From the NCBI GenBank assembly GCA_041891195.1, contig JASDVE010000072.1, positions 1 through 37,109 on the forward strand: a stretch of 37,109 bases of DNA. The letters are read 5' to 3'. This DNA comes from Myxococcota bacterium (lineage in GTDB: Bacteria; Myxococcota_A; UBA9160; UBA4427). The position numbers were made by a program, and so were the translations under genes. A model generated the notes under the pieces. The model ran no database searches, was not told the DNA's origin, and saw only the letters and a list, made by a program, of their open reading frames with translations. Positions 1 to 9,640 of this stretch are shown here, piece after piece (the stretch's first letter is position 1; each line of letters begins with the position of its first letter).

Positions 1-60
1 ATTTTAATAAATTTTTATTTTGTATTTTATACTCAATATTATAGACTTAAAATATTGATT
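1..60. other. Extreme AT-rich 60-bp block at the window edge, containing an inverted repeat
   Basis: Only 6 G/C in 60 nt (10% GC) against about 58-60% GC for the rest. Holds an 8-bp inverted repeat, TCAATATT (33-40) N10 AATATTGA (51-58). Composition changes abruptly at about 61. Confidence 0.5.
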
Positions 61-254
61 GCCTCTCTGGACGCAATGACGCACCGTGTTAAGATGCGGG
101 TGTTCGCGAGCCGATAGAACCAATTCAAGCGGGAAAAGGCGAAATCGCCTGGCAACCGTTCAAGGCATGACGCATGGCGTCGCGACGAGATTCTTCACCG
201 CAACGGGCAGGCCCCGACCGCCCCGCCGCGAAGCAGACTTTAAGGAGCACCAAG

Positions 255-608
255 ATGGCCCAACGACAGAACATCATCGAAGAGAGTTTTGAGAATGTGC
301 AGGCGCGCTTCCGCAGCGCCGGCGAGGAGCTCCAGAAGCTCCAGGATCGCGCGAACGAGAACCGTCAGGAACTCGCAGACCGCGCACAGGCCCGAGCCGA
401 GAAGGTGCAGAAGCAGCTTCTCAAGGTTCCGGCAATTAAGGCAGCGGACGACTTTCGCATTGACATGGTCAAGCAGATCGAGGCACAGGTGGACGAGTTC
501 ATGTCCCGAATGCCCGTCGCGTCCATGAGCGAAGTTAAGAAGCTCGAGCGCAAAGTGAACGGCCTCACCCGCAAAGTTCGCGCCCTCGAGAAAGCTGCCC
601 AGAGCTGA
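255..608 (+). CDS. Phasin / PHA granule-associated protein-like coiled-coil protein
   Basis: Internal ATG at 255 lies 7 nt after AAGGAG (242-247); the 174 start adds an Arg/Pro-rich extension. The product is a charged helical protein. Its C-terminus (MPVASMSEVKKLERKVNGLTRKVRALEK) resembles the PhaF/phasin family tail. Confidence 0.55.
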   Translation: MAQRQNIIEESFENVQARFRSAGEELQKLQDRANENRQELADRAQARAEKVQKQLLKVPAIKAADDFRIDMVKQIEAQVDEFMSRMPVASMSEVKKLERKVNGLTRKVRALEKAAQS

Positions 609-724
609 GCCTCTCTCAGCCCCGTAAGAAATTGACCGGTTTCAATACCAGTCGTCTCGCGAGCCGATCGGCACGCTCTGGTGCGTCGACGCACCCGTAA
701 AAGCCCGCGGCATCGCTCATAAAG

Positions 725-757
725 GCCCGGTGGACCCCAGATCCCCCGGGCTTTTTT
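725..757 (+). terminator. Rho-independent terminator candidate downstream of the phasin-like gene
   Basis: GCCCGG (725-730) pairs with CCGGGC (746-751), followed by TTTTTT (752-757). Confidence 0.5.
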
Positions 758-869
758 GCGTCTGCATACCGCCGGACGCGCTCCGGGTTCCTGATCTCCC
801 CCGCAACGATATCAGGTTTCGGACTGCTAGGATTCGCCGCTCACGCAACGCCCCTTCCTGGAGACCCCC

Positions 870-2039
870 GTGGCCGCTTACCAATCCCCCGACTTCCTTC
901 ACCTCGACGACAATCACTACAGCGACGAAGAACGCATGGTTCGCGATTCGGTCCGCGACTGGGTGAGCCGCGAGTTCCTCCCCAAGCTCACCGAACACGT
1001 GCGCCAGGACGGCTCTTTTCCGATGGAGTTGGTGTCCCAAATCGCCGAGCTCGGAATGTTTGGCGCCAACCTCAAAGGCTACGGCTGCGCGGGGATGAAC
1101 AACGTCTCCTACGGGCTGCTGATGCAAGAACTCGAACGCGGTGACTCAGGGCTTCGATCATTCGCCTCGGTGCAAGGCTCGCTCTGCATGTACCCGATCC
1201 ACAAATACGGGAGTGAGGAACAAAAAGAAGAATGGCTGCCCGGCATGGCGGCGGGTGAAAAGATCGGCTGCTTTGGTCTCACCGAACCCGACTTCGGGAG
1301 CTTCGTCACCGGCATGGCGACTCGCGCCGAACGCAAGGGGGACGGCTGGGTACTCAACGGCACCAAGCGCTGGATCACCAACGGCACCCTCGCCGACATC
1401 TCGATCATCTGGGCCATGACCGACGACGGGGTTCGCGGCTTTCTCGTAGAAAAAGATCGCCCGGGCTTCGAGGCACGGGACATCAAGGGCAAGTTTTCAT
1501 TGCGCGCTTCCGTCACGAGCGAACTCTTCTTGCAAGACGTTGAACTCCCCGAAGCCAACCGGCTCCCCAATGCAAAGGGAATCTCGGGACCGCTGAGCTG
1601 CTTGACCCAAGCGCGCTACGGAATCGCATGGGGCGTTATTGGCGCTGCCATGGCGTGCTACGACGAAGCCCTCCAGTACTCGAAGGACCGCATCGTGCAG
1701 GGTGGTCCGCTTGCGAGCAAACAGCTCACACAGCAAAAGTTCGCCAACATGCTCACAGAAATCACCAAGGCGCAGTTGATGGCGCTTCACGTAGGCCGCA
1801 TCAAAGACGCCGGCAATCTCGAACCCGTGATGGTCTCGATGATCAAACGCAACAACGTCGACATCGCGCTTCAAATCGCTCGCGAGGCACGCGATCTCCT
1901 CGGCGCCAACGGCATCGTGGACGACTACCAGTCAATGCGGCACATGATGAACCTCGAAACGGTGCGCACCTATGAGGGCACCCACGACATTCACACGTTG
2001 ATCTTGGGTGAACACATCACAGGGATGCGAGCGCTCTAG
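870..2039 (+). CDS. gcdH: Glutaryl-CoA dehydrogenase-type acyl-CoA dehydrogenase
   Basis: 389-aa ORF with a GTG start. Shows ACAD motifs (GCFGLTEPDFGS, KRWITNG, YEGTHDIHTLILG) and overall GCDH-like organisation. Confidence 0.85.
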   Translation: MAAYQSPDFLHLDDNHYSDEERMVRDSVRDWVSREFLPKLTEHVRQDGSFPMELVSQIAELGMFGANLKGYGCAGMNNVSYGLLMQELERGDSGLRSFASVQGSLCMYPIHKYGSEEQKEEWLPGMAAGEKIGCFGLTEPDFGSFVTGMATRAERKGDGWVLNGTKRWITNGTLADISIIWAMTDDGVRGFLVEKDRPGFEARDIKGKFSLRASVTSELFLQDVELPEANRLPNAKGISGPLSCLTQARYGIAWGVIGAAMACYDEALQYSKDRIVQGGPLASKQLTQQKFANMLTEITKAQLMALHVGRIKDAGNLEPVMVSMIKRNNVDIALQIAREARDLLGANGIVDDYQSMRHMMNLETVRTYEGTHDIHTLILGEHITGMRAL

Positions 2040-2052
2040 CAGCCTGCTCGCG

Positions 2053-2883
2053 CTACACCGCTTCTTTGCGCACGACTTGGAGCGCGGCTTCGACGCAGCC
2101 ACCGTTTTGGTCAAGCAAACGCTGAGCCTGCTCCGTTTCGAGTCCCGACAGTTCGGTCAGGATTCGAAGCGCGCGTTCCCTTAGTTTGTTGTTTGCCGGC
2201 GAGAGGTTCGTCATCAGGTTTCCCTTGACGCGACCCAACTTCACCATCGTGGACGTTGAAAGGGAGTGAAGAATCATCTTCTGCACGAGTCCGCCCTTCA
2301 TTCGAGTAGAACCCGCGATGACTTCGGGACCTACACTGGGCGCAATTGAAATCTCGACAGCTTCAGCGAGCGGTGAACTCGGGTCGCAACAAATGCCAAC
2401 GCTACGGGCACCCACTTCATGGGCCGCTTCGATCGCGCCCAGAACGTATGGCGTGGTGCCGCTGGCAGAAATCGCGACGACGACATCCCCCATTTCGAGC
2501 CCGCGTTCCCGCACTTCCCAGGTCCCCGCCTCAAAATTGTCTTCCGCGCCTTCAACAGCGTTGCGGAGCGCTTTCTCGCCCCCGGCGATCAAGCCTTGCA
2601 CCCGCTTCGGCGACAGGCCAAAAGTTGGTGGAATTTCGGAGGCATCAAGGACACCGATGCGTCCACTCGTGCCAGCACCCACGTTGTACCAGGTGCCGCC
2701 TCCAGCCAAAGACGCGACAAGTACGTCGACGGCGTCGGACATCGGCCCGAGGACTTGTCCGACGGCAGCGTGCGCAACCCTGTCTTCTGCGTGGATGAGC
2801 TTTATGATCTCGCCAACGGAGAGTTGGTCGAGGTCACGCGCGCATTCAAGGATCGCTTCTGTCGGACTTTTTCTCGCCATCAC
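2053..2883 (-). CDS. murQ: N-acetylmuramic acid 6-phosphate etherase (SIS domain)
   Basis: 276 aa. Contains GAGTSGRIGVLDASEIPPTFG, ISASGTTPYV and AGSTRMKGG, which are typical MurQ signatures. Confidence 0.85.
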   Translation of the reverse strand: MMARKSPTEAILECARDLDQLSVGEIIKLIHAEDRVAHAAVGQVLGPMSDAVDVLVASLAGGGTWYNVGAGTSGRIGVLDASEIPPTFGLSPKRVQGLIAGGEKALRNAVEGAEDNFEAGTWEVRERGLEMGDVVVAISASGTTPYVLGAIEAAHEVGARSVGICCDPSSPLAEAVEISIAPSVGPEVIAGSTRMKGGLVQKMILHSLSTSTMVKLGRVKGNLMTNLSPANNKLRERALRILTELSGLETEQAQRLLDQNGGCVEAALQVVRKEAV

Positions 2884-2953
2884 GTTGTGTTTCGGTTGAT
2901 TGCGACCGAAGCCTTACGCAGAAGCCGTCGTATATACGGGTTAGGATCGGATC

Positions 2954-5494
2954 GTGGATTTCCTTCTTACGCAGAAGACCCTCGAAAGCCTTGAGTGGCA
3001 ACAAGTGGTCGCAAAGCTACTTCGCTATTGCAGTACGCCACAAGCTCGCCTGCGACTTGGTTCGCAAGACGAAAATCACGCGGATCCAGACAGAAACGAA
3101 GCTTCAGCACGCGGCAGTTCCAATGAGGAACGAACTCATCTCGACCAAGCGCGCGCCGCAGAAACGGACGCTTGCGCGCTCGCGGAACTCGAAGGCTCGC
3201 TGATTGGCGTTCGCGAACGACTCGCCGAAACCAGCCAGGCGCGCAATCTGCTTGAAGAAAGCGAAGCACCGCCGCTGCACGGGTTCGCAGACTTGCGAAT
3301 CGGTTTACGTCGAGCCGAAATGGGTGGGACGCTCACCGGTCATCAATTGCTCGACGTCAGTAAGAGCATCGAGACCGTCGCACGAGTCGTGAAATATCTC
3401 GCAGCACGCAAAGAAGCGGCGCCGCTTCTTGCGGACCTCTCGGCGACGATCGACAACGACCCAAGACTCGCCCGGGACATCGACGCGTGTCTCGAGCCTT
3501 CTGGCGAAGTTCGCGACTCCGCATCTCCAGAACTCAAACAAGCGCGGCGCAACGCGAGCGATCTCGGCTCACAACTGCAACGACGCCTGGGCCAATACCT
3601 ACAAGACACCAATGTCCAGGGCGCGCTCTCAGACTCGTACTTCACCCTGCGAAACGATCGTTATGTGTTGCCCGTACGTTCCGACGCGCGAAGCAAAGTC
3701 AAAGGCATCGTCCACGACGCATCGCGCTCGGGCACCACGATCTTTGTCGAGCCCGAAGCTGTGGTCGACCTCAACAACCGACTCAAGCAAGCGGAGCTCA
3801 CGGTCGTTCGAGAAGTCGAGCGTGTCATGCAGCGTTTGTCTCAAGCCGTGTCTCAGGTCGGACCCGCGCTGCGTGCGAGTATTGAGACCATCGGGCAGAT
3901 CGACCTCGCGTTTGCACGTGCGCACCTCTCCATCGACATGAACGCCACTGTCCCCCAAGTCGAACGCGCCGGGTGCTTTCGCTTGATGGGGTTGCGCCAC
4001 CCGTTGCTTCCCCGCGACGAAGCAGTGCCCAACGACGTTGAACTCGGCGAACGACATACCGTGCTTGTCATCTCCGGTCCCAACGGAGGCGGAAAAACGG
4101 TCGCGATGAAAGCCGTTGGGCTTGCCGCGGTGATGATCCGACTTGGACTTCACATTCCTGCCGAGCCCGGTGCACGGGTGGATCTCGTCGATCAGCTGCT
4201 CGTCGACATCGGCGATGGACAGGACCTGCGCGAAAGTCTTTCAACCTTTTCCGCCCACATGGTGAACTTGGCCGGCATCGTCGATGCGGCTTCCGAAAAC
4301 ACCCTCGCACTCCTCGATGAAGTCGGTGTGGGTACGGACCCGAGCGAAGGCGCTGCTCTCGCCCAAGCGATCCTCGAACAACTCGCGGAACGCGGTGCAC
4401 GGGTGATCGTAACGACCCATTACAACCTGCTCAAAGAAATGGCCGAAGTGGACGAACGCTTCTGCAACGCAAGCGTCGAGTTCGACCCGGTCACACTCGC
4501 ACCGACATTTAGGCTTCACACTGGAACCGCAGGCGTGTCTTCAGCCACTGCCGTCGCCGCGCGAATGGGCATGGCACCCGAAGTCCTCGAACGCGCAAAC
4601 GCGTTACTCGCCCGTGAAGATCGCCAGCTCGACAACATGTTGAGCGAGCTGGCCAATAGCCGCGCAACCCTTGAACGCGAAAAGCAAGAAGCCAGCAAGT
4701 TGCGCAAAGAAGGGGAGAGCACACGCGACAAGTACCTCCACAAACTCGAACGGTTGCAAGAACGCCGAGACAAACTCTTCGAGTCGATGCGTATCGAACT
4801 CGACGCCACTTTCAAAGACGCCCACGCACAGGTGGCTGCCGTGATTCGCGGCCTACAACGCTCGGGTGGGACAAACACGCGCGAAGCCGCCCACGGCGCC
4901 GCCCATGCGCGCGAGCGCTTGCTCAACCTTGAAAGCCGCACTCAGGCCAAGGGCGAGTCGGCGGCCGTGGATGAAGAAGAAGTCCTTGGCTCGGCGATCG
5001 ATTGGCGATGCGCGAAGCCCGGCACCGAAGTCATTGTTCCCGGCGGTCAGCGCGGAACCCTAAAGTCGCTACCCGATCGTCGTGATCGCGTGGTTGTCCA
5101 AATCGCGACCGCAAAACTCGACCTCGATGCTTCAAAGGTCCGATACGCCGCGTCGGGCAACGCTCCGTCCGACGACAATGCCCGAACGGAAACGAAGGTG
5201 TCCTTCGAACGCGCAGACCCGGAGGACGCCGGAGTCACGGTCGCGGGGGGAACCCAGCAATGCGATCTGCGCGGCCGACGCGTCGACGAAGCCCTCGACG
5301 AACTCGAAACTGCGCTCGATCAGGGGCTGCGCGACGGCAACGAACAGCTTCACGTGATTCACGGCATGGGAACCGGTGCGCTTCGAACCGCAGTCCGCGA
5401 GTTCTTCACCGCGTCTCCCCACATTGTCTCTCACCGCACTGGCGAGCGCGGCGAAGGCGGGACCGGGGTTACAAGCGCGGTGCTGCGCAGGTGA
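2954..5494 (+). CDS. mutS2: Endonuclease MutS2 (MutS domain V ATPase plus C-terminal Smr domain)
   Basis: 846 aa. Has Walker A GPNGGGKT, the DEVGVGTDPSEG motif, a long coiled-coil and a C-terminal Smr domain (LRGRRVDEALDELE...HVIHGMGTGALR). Confidence 0.9.
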   Translation: MDFLLTQKTLESLEWQQVVAKLLRYCSTPQARLRLGSQDENHADPDRNEASARGSSNEERTHLDQARAAETDACALAELEGSLIGVRERLAETSQARNLLEESEAPPLHGFADLRIGLRRAEMGGTLTGHQLLDVSKSIETVARVVKYLAARKEAAPLLADLSATIDNDPRLARDIDACLEPSGEVRDSASPELKQARRNASDLGSQLQRRLGQYLQDTNVQGALSDSYFTLRNDRYVLPVRSDARSKVKGIVHDASRSGTTIFVEPEAVVDLNNRLKQAELTVVREVERVMQRLSQAVSQVGPALRASIETIGQIDLAFARAHLSIDMNATVPQVERAGCFRLMGLRHPLLPRDEAVPNDVELGERHTVLVISGPNGGGKTVAMKAVGLAAVMIRLGLHIPAEPGARVDLVDQLLVDIGDGQDLRESLSTFSAHMVNLAGIVDAASENTLALLDEVGVGTDPSEGAALAQAILEQLAERGARVIVTTHYNLLKEMAEVDERFCNASVEFDPVTLAPTFRLHTGTAGVSSATAVAARMGMAPEVLERANALLAREDRQLDNMLSELANSRATLEREKQEASKLRKEGESTRDKYLHKLERLQERRDKLFESMRIELDATFKDAHAQVAAVIRGLQRSGGTNTREAAHGAAHARERLLNLESRTQAKGESAAVDEEEVLGSAIDWRCAKPGTEVIVPGGQRGTLKSLPDRRDRVVVQIATAKLDLDASKVRYAASGNAPSDDNARTETKVSFERADPEDAGVTVAGGTQQCDLRGRRVDEALDELETALDQGLRDGNEQLHVIHGMGTGALRTAVREFFTASPHIVSHRTGERGEGGTGVTSAVLRR

Positions 5495-5807
5495 TCCTGT
5501 GCGGAGCCTCAACGCCGCAGGCCTCCGGCGTCAAAGACACCATCGACTCGAGCACTGCTCTCCAAAACGGATGGCCTGAGGCCCGCGATCCATTCCCTTC
5601 CCGGTACGCCACTAATTCGTCCAGCACCGCTTCGGTCCATTCATCGTCACCGCGTGCGACCTTCGGCCCGCTTTCCCTTTCGAGTCGCAGTTCAACAATG
5701 GCTTCCACCACCCGTTTCGACTCTCGAAGGTCGATCTGAACATCACGAAAGACGCGCCGTAAGGAGTTGAGCGCGATACGTACAACCGAACCACAGAGGC
5801 CATGCAC
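5469..5807 (-). CDS. Possible small AroQ-type chorismate mutase
   Basis: Only the distal part of the 5469..6251 ORF lies outside the upstream gene. Candidate GTG start at 5807. The helical sequence (LRRVFRDVQIDLRESKRVVEAIVELRLER...DDEWTEAVLDELV...HPFWRAVLESMV) resembles the CM_2 pattern. Its 3' end overlaps the mutS2 3' end by 26 nt. Confidence 0.4.
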   Translation of the reverse strand: MHGLCGSVVRIALNSLRRVFRDVQIDLRESKRVVEAIVELRLERESGPKVARGDDEWTEAVLDELVAYREGNGSRASGHPFWRAVLESMVSLTPEACGVEAPHRITCAAPRL

Positions 5808-5854
5808 GCAAAGATCAACGCGACGAAAGGCGCGCGAATATGGTGAAAAGCGCC

Positions 5855-7231
5855 TTAGCCCTCGAAGTGCGCGCGTAGCGCATCTGCGGCCCGCATTCCC
5901 GACGACACTACTTGATTGGGTCCGGGGCCAATCAGATAATCGCCGGCGAAGTAGATCCGGCGGCCGGCGGCACCTCGGTCTTTTTGCACCCGCGCGAGGC
6001 GAGCAAGTTCCCGATACGCGCCTACGTGAAAGTTCGGATTGCCGTTTTGGGTGCGGCGCAATCGGGTAAATACCACGCGATCGCGAACCTCGGGATGAAA
6101 CCGAGAGAATGAAGTCAGGAGCGATTTTTCCACGACGTCGTCTGCGGCCGATGAATTCGCACTTGCGAATCGCTCGTTCGCACGGATCATCACAAGGCCT
6201 TTGCCGTCCGGGGCGCGGCCTTCCGCTGCACCGCACTCCGACAAATAACATTCGATCGTCGACGCTTCGGCTTTGGGCACGCGCACGAACTTCGCGTAGT
6301 GGGCGAGTGGAGCCGACAACGCGAGAACCAGGGTCATAGACGGCCCACCGCGATAGCGAGCGAAGTAGTCGCGCTCGGCCGGGACCAGAACGGGGGCGGC
6401 AATCTCGCCTGCTGCTTCGGGCGACGTCGCGACCACGACGGCATCGACATCAATCGCGCGCAGCTTTTTCGGTGCGTGGGCATCGCCGTCTTTAAGCCCG
6501 GAGCTGCAGTGCACCCGGTAGCCACCGTCACCTCGCTCCGTGACTTCGTCCGCCCACACGTCGTGAACCACGTTGAGGCTACTCGCAGCGCGTTCGGCTA
6601 GCTGCCACAAACCCTGACGCATGACGCCGAGAGCCACTTTGCCTTCGCGCGACGTGATGCGGGAAAGCAAAAAAGCGACACGGCTGAGTTCCATTTCATC
6701 GCTCGCATACTGCGACGTCGTTTCAGGCGAGACCCAGTAGTCCCAAACCGACTTGCCGAGGTAGAGCGTGGCGAAGTCTCGAGCGCTTCGGTAGTCGAGG
6801 TCTGCCGCAAGCTCGGGGCGGTCGGGGTCAAGTTGACCGCGATAGCGCGCCATCAAACGCGGCAGTCGAAGTAAGCGCTTCTTGTCCCAGTTCGTCACGC
6901 CAGGAATTTTCGCGAGATCCGACAACGTGCTGGTGTCAATGGGCCCGATCTCGCCTCGATGGATTTGCGAATCGATACAGGCGCGTGGAGGCAAGAGCGA
7001 CGCGGAAAGCTCGCTTTGCTCGATCCACGAAATGAGTGAGCGGTCGGAGGATCGAACCAGCGGGAGTGTGCCGTCGAGGCTAAAGCCATCCCGGAACGAC
7101 CCTGCAGCGCTACCGCCAACAACGGAAAGCCCTTCGAGAACCGTCACTTCATACCCAGCGCGCGACAACTCTGAAGCTGTCCGCAGCCCGGCAAGGCCGG
7201 CACCAATTACTGCAACACTCACACCACTCAA
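5855..7231 (-). CDS. FAD-dependent oxidoreductase (amine oxidase / protoporphyrinogen oxidase-like family)
   Basis: 458 aa. N-terminal dinucleotide-binding motif VAVIGAGLAGLRTASELSRAGYEVTVLEG and a C-terminal FAGDY motif. Confidence 0.75.
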   Translation of the reverse strand: MSGVSVAVIGAGLAGLRTASELSRAGYEVTVLEGLSVVGGSAAGSFRDGFSLDGTLPLVRSSDRSLISWIEQSELSASLLPPRACIDSQIHRGEIGPIDTSTLSDLAKIPGVTNWDKKRLLRLPRLMARYRGQLDPDRPELAADLDYRSARDFATLYLGKSVWDYWVSPETTSQYASDEMELSRVAFLLSRITSREGKVALGVMRQGLWQLAERAASSLNVVHDVWADEVTERGDGGYRVHCSSGLKDGDAHAPKKLRAIDVDAVVVATSPEAAGEIAAPVLVPAERDYFARYRGGPSMTLVLALSAPLAHYAKFVRVPKAEASTIECYLSECGAAEGRAPDGKGLVMIRANERFASANSSAADDVVEKSLLTSFSRFHPEVRDRVVFTRLRRTQNGNPNFHVGAYRELARLARVQKDRGAAGRRIYFAGDYLIGPGPNQVVSSGMRAADALRAHFEG

Positions 7232-7300
7232 AACTCGGCTCCCAAAAATCTGAGCGCGGACACTAGCTTGGATTGGGAGCGGGGGCGCGGATCCGCTGAA

Positions 7301-8116
7301 TCAGCGCGCGTGGAGCGCCTGAGCCTCGCTCACGAGGGCGCTCAACTGGTCGACGACATCAACAAGCGTTTCGAAGGGTTCGAACGGTTGCTTCCGCTCT
7401 TGCAGTGCCGGAGCCAAGCTGTCTTTGGCAAAAGCAAGGTCGGCCTCGATGGCCCCGCAAAGGTCCGAAACCCGGCCGTTGCCGATATGGACGGTGAACG
7501 CCCCCGGGCGTTGTTTGCGTTGTGCTCGGATGATCTGGCTCTTGCATGTCCCGGTGCCACAGTCGCAGCTCGCATTGCGACCACCTGGGGCGATCTGCCA
7601 TTGGTCTTTCGCAACGCCTGTGTACTCAAGGTGGTTGCACATGTAGTCGAACGTTACGCCGTTGTGGCGCTGCAACCAATCCAAGTTGTAGTCAAAGCCG
7701 TCGGACAAAATTCGGAATGAAGCATTGTTGTCGGCGCACCATGCTTGCAACTCACACGCGCCGGGATCGAGGTCGATCGTTTCGAGAAAGGCGTGAAGGT
7801 CGGCGGGTGGAAGTTTGAACCCCGTAAAGAGTTCGACGTTGTATTCCCAAGCGTCGACGATGCCCTGTTCGTACCGGTCCCAAAGCTCCGTGCGGCGCTC
7901 ACCGAGATACTTACGCGCAATGCTCGACCCGACGTCCTGCACCGAATAGGTACCATCGAAGTCGCAGAAAATTGCGATGCAAGTCGATTCGGCGAGCTTT
8001 GCGGCGGGATCATAGTTTGGCGTGAGGCCCTCGGACGAGCGAGTCAATGGGGTGTCCCTTCTGCTGCCTGGTGGCGAAACTCTCGCGCGCGGGCGACCCA
8101 GCGCGACCGGGCACAC
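7301..8116 (-). CDS. HAD-IB family phosphatase, MtnX/PHOSPHO-like
   Basis: HAD motif I is FCDFDGT. A Cys cluster CDCGTGTCK and the late motif GNGRVSD are present. The start codon is uncertain because the N-terminal 50 aa are low complexity. Confidence 0.65.
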   Translation of the reverse strand: MCPVALGRPRARVSPPGSRRDTPLTRSSEGLTPNYDPAAKLAESTCIAIFCDFDGTYSVQDVGSSIARKYLGERRTELWDRYEQGIVDAWEYNVELFTGFKLPPADLHAFLETIDLDPGACELQAWCADNNASFRILSDGFDYNLDWLQRHNGVTFDYMCNHLEYTGVAKDQWQIAPGGRNASCDCGTGTCKSQIIRAQRKQRPGAFTVHIGNGRVSDLCGAIEADLAFAKDSLAPALQERKQPFEPFETLVDVVDQLSALVSEAQALHAR

Positions 8117-8308
8117 AGTACCCGGCCATCGCAGAGAAGGCGAGGACGTTCAAAGCTCGAAATCAGTTCACCAGCCAACGCAAGAACGCACTTCAACGCG
8201 ACTTTGTTCCGTACCGAGGCCGGCGAATTCGCGCCTTGCGCCGGAGCGACCGTCTGCGGGATCCTTTACGCTTCGCAGATTCGCGTGCCGCTTCCAAGGA
8301 GAGACTTG

Positions 8309-9358
8309 ATGCAATCCCCGTCGCAAGGTCCCGGCCGTCCCGGTCGTAGAAACTTTCTCAAGGCACTCGCCGTCGCAGGCGTAGGCGGCAGGACCCTGTT
8401 GCGAAGCGGCAATGTGAAGGCGGCGGTGGACGCCGCGCGCACGGTAGCCTCAATCGACCGCTGGCCAGAAATGCCGCAACGAACTCTTGGACGAACAGGC
8501 TTCGCAGCCAGTCGCCTGGTATTTGGTTGCGGCGCAGCTTTGTCCCGCGGCCGTAAGGACGACTTGCTCCACGCGGCGTTTGACGCAGGGGTCAACGTTT
8601 TCGACGTGGGCTTCCGTGACTACTACAACGATGCCGAAAAAAACTTGGCGCCGTTTCTAAAGCAAGTACGCAGCCGTGTGTTCTTGATTTCGAAGGCTTA
8701 CGCGGAGCTTGATGTCGAGCCAAACGACCGGATAAGTCCCGCCCAGGCACGACACGCCGCAGCGAGCTGGACCAAAGCGCTCGACGGCAGCCTTCGTGAA
8801 CTCGACGTCGATTACGTCGACGCTTACTACCTAATGGCGAGCTACAGCCCCGCCCTGGTGGGCAGCCACGAAATTCTCAACGCTGCCTCGAAGGCCAAGC
8901 AAGCAGGCAAGTTCAAACACCTTGGTTTGTCGACCCACCAGAACGCAAGCCGCGTGCTTGCAACTGCGGCCAAGACCGGAGTCTACGATCTCGCGCAAAT
9001 CGCCATTACTCCGGCTGGATGGTACGACTGGGCGGACAAGGGCATTCTCGCCGGCTCGCCAACCATGAAGAACTTGCACGCCGAACTCGCCGAAGCACGC
9101 AAAGCCGGTATCGGCCTCATCGGAATGAAGGCGGGACGCTTTCTCGCCGGTCGTAAGTTCTTGGGCTGGGGAAATCCGGGCGCATTTGACGAGTACTACG
9201 ACGACCCGCTTATGAAGTCTGACTTCTCACCGTACCAGCGAAGCTATGCGTACGTTCTCGAACATGGCCTCGACTGCGTCAACGCCGACATGCAGCAGCT
9301 CTCACACCTGGCCGAAAATTTTGCTGCTGCTGCGACATCGGGGAAGTATTTCGTCTGA
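8309..9358 (+). CDS. Aldo/keto reductase with a twin-arginine (Tat) signal peptide
   Basis: ATG at 8309 follows AAGGAGAG (8296-8303). The N-terminus RRNFLKALAVAGVGG is a Tat motif, followed by an AKR-like core (RTLGRTGFAASRLVFGCG...). The 7745 start in the track overlaps the HAD gene and is rejected. Confidence 0.75.
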   Translation: MQSPSQGPGRPGRRNFLKALAVAGVGGRTLLRSGNVKAAVDAARTVASIDRWPEMPQRTLGRTGFAASRLVFGCGAALSRGRKDDLLHAAFDAGVNVFDVGFRDYYNDAEKNLAPFLKQVRSRVFLISKAYAELDVEPNDRISPAQARHAAASWTKALDGSLRELDVDYVDAYYLMASYSPALVGSHEILNAASKAKQAGKFKHLGLSTHQNASRVLATAAKTGVYDLAQIAITPAGWYDWADKGILAGSPTMKNLHAELAEARKAGIGLIGMKAGRFLAGRKFLGWGNPGAFDEYYDDPLMKSDFSPYQRSYAYVLEHGLDCVNADMQQLSHLAENFAAAATSGKYFV

Positions 9359-9480
9359 CACCGTCTAGGACGGAAGGCGTAGAATACAGGGCGTAGGGCG
9401 GAATCTGTACTGGCTATCTGACTGTTGCCGGTCTATTGCGCACCCCGAAACTTCCTTTTTCCAATCCGTGTAATCTTCCG

Positions 9481-9495
9481 GACGCAATTTGCGTC
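9481..9495. promoter_or_regulatory. Palindrome GACGCA-ATT-TGCGTC, candidate activator binding site
   Basis: 6-3-6 perfect inverted repeat about 130-145 bp upstream of the sigma54-type promoter at 9625. An AT-rich tract (about 9558-9612) lies between them. Confidence 0.3.
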
Positions 9496-9624
9496 ACTTG
9501 CCTACTGCTTATTGCGCGCGGGCTGCGCGAGGCTGAAGGTCGGCGATGGGGTCGATCTGTAAATCTATTTCGTTTTCAATAACTTAGAGATTTCTTAGTG
9601 GCCTTATTTTCGAGCCATCGCCGA

Positions 9625-9640
9625 TGGCATCAAATTTGCT
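9625..9640 (+). promoter_or_regulatory. Sigma54 (-24/-12) type promoter TGGCAT-N5-TTGCT
   Basis: TGGCATCAAATTTGCT has exact GG-N10-GC spacing against the consensus TGGCAC-N5-TTGCW. It lies in an ORF-free intergenic region and points toward the 9841 CDS. Its extended -12 region TTGCTTTATA is shared with the promoter at 33415-33430. Confidence 0.6.

Noticed and set aside
5808-6251. Upstream part of the 260-aa minus-strand ORF 5469..6251
   Set aside because: It overlaps the 3' half of the FAD oxidoreductase gene in another frame and is Arg/Pro/Ser-rich. Only the distal 5469-5807 part is kept as a candidate.
7745-8308. N-terminal 188-aa extension of the aldo/keto reductase ORF
   Set aside because: It overlaps the HAD phosphatase gene on the other strand. 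The internal ATG at 8309 has a strong RBS and is immediately followed by a Tat signal.
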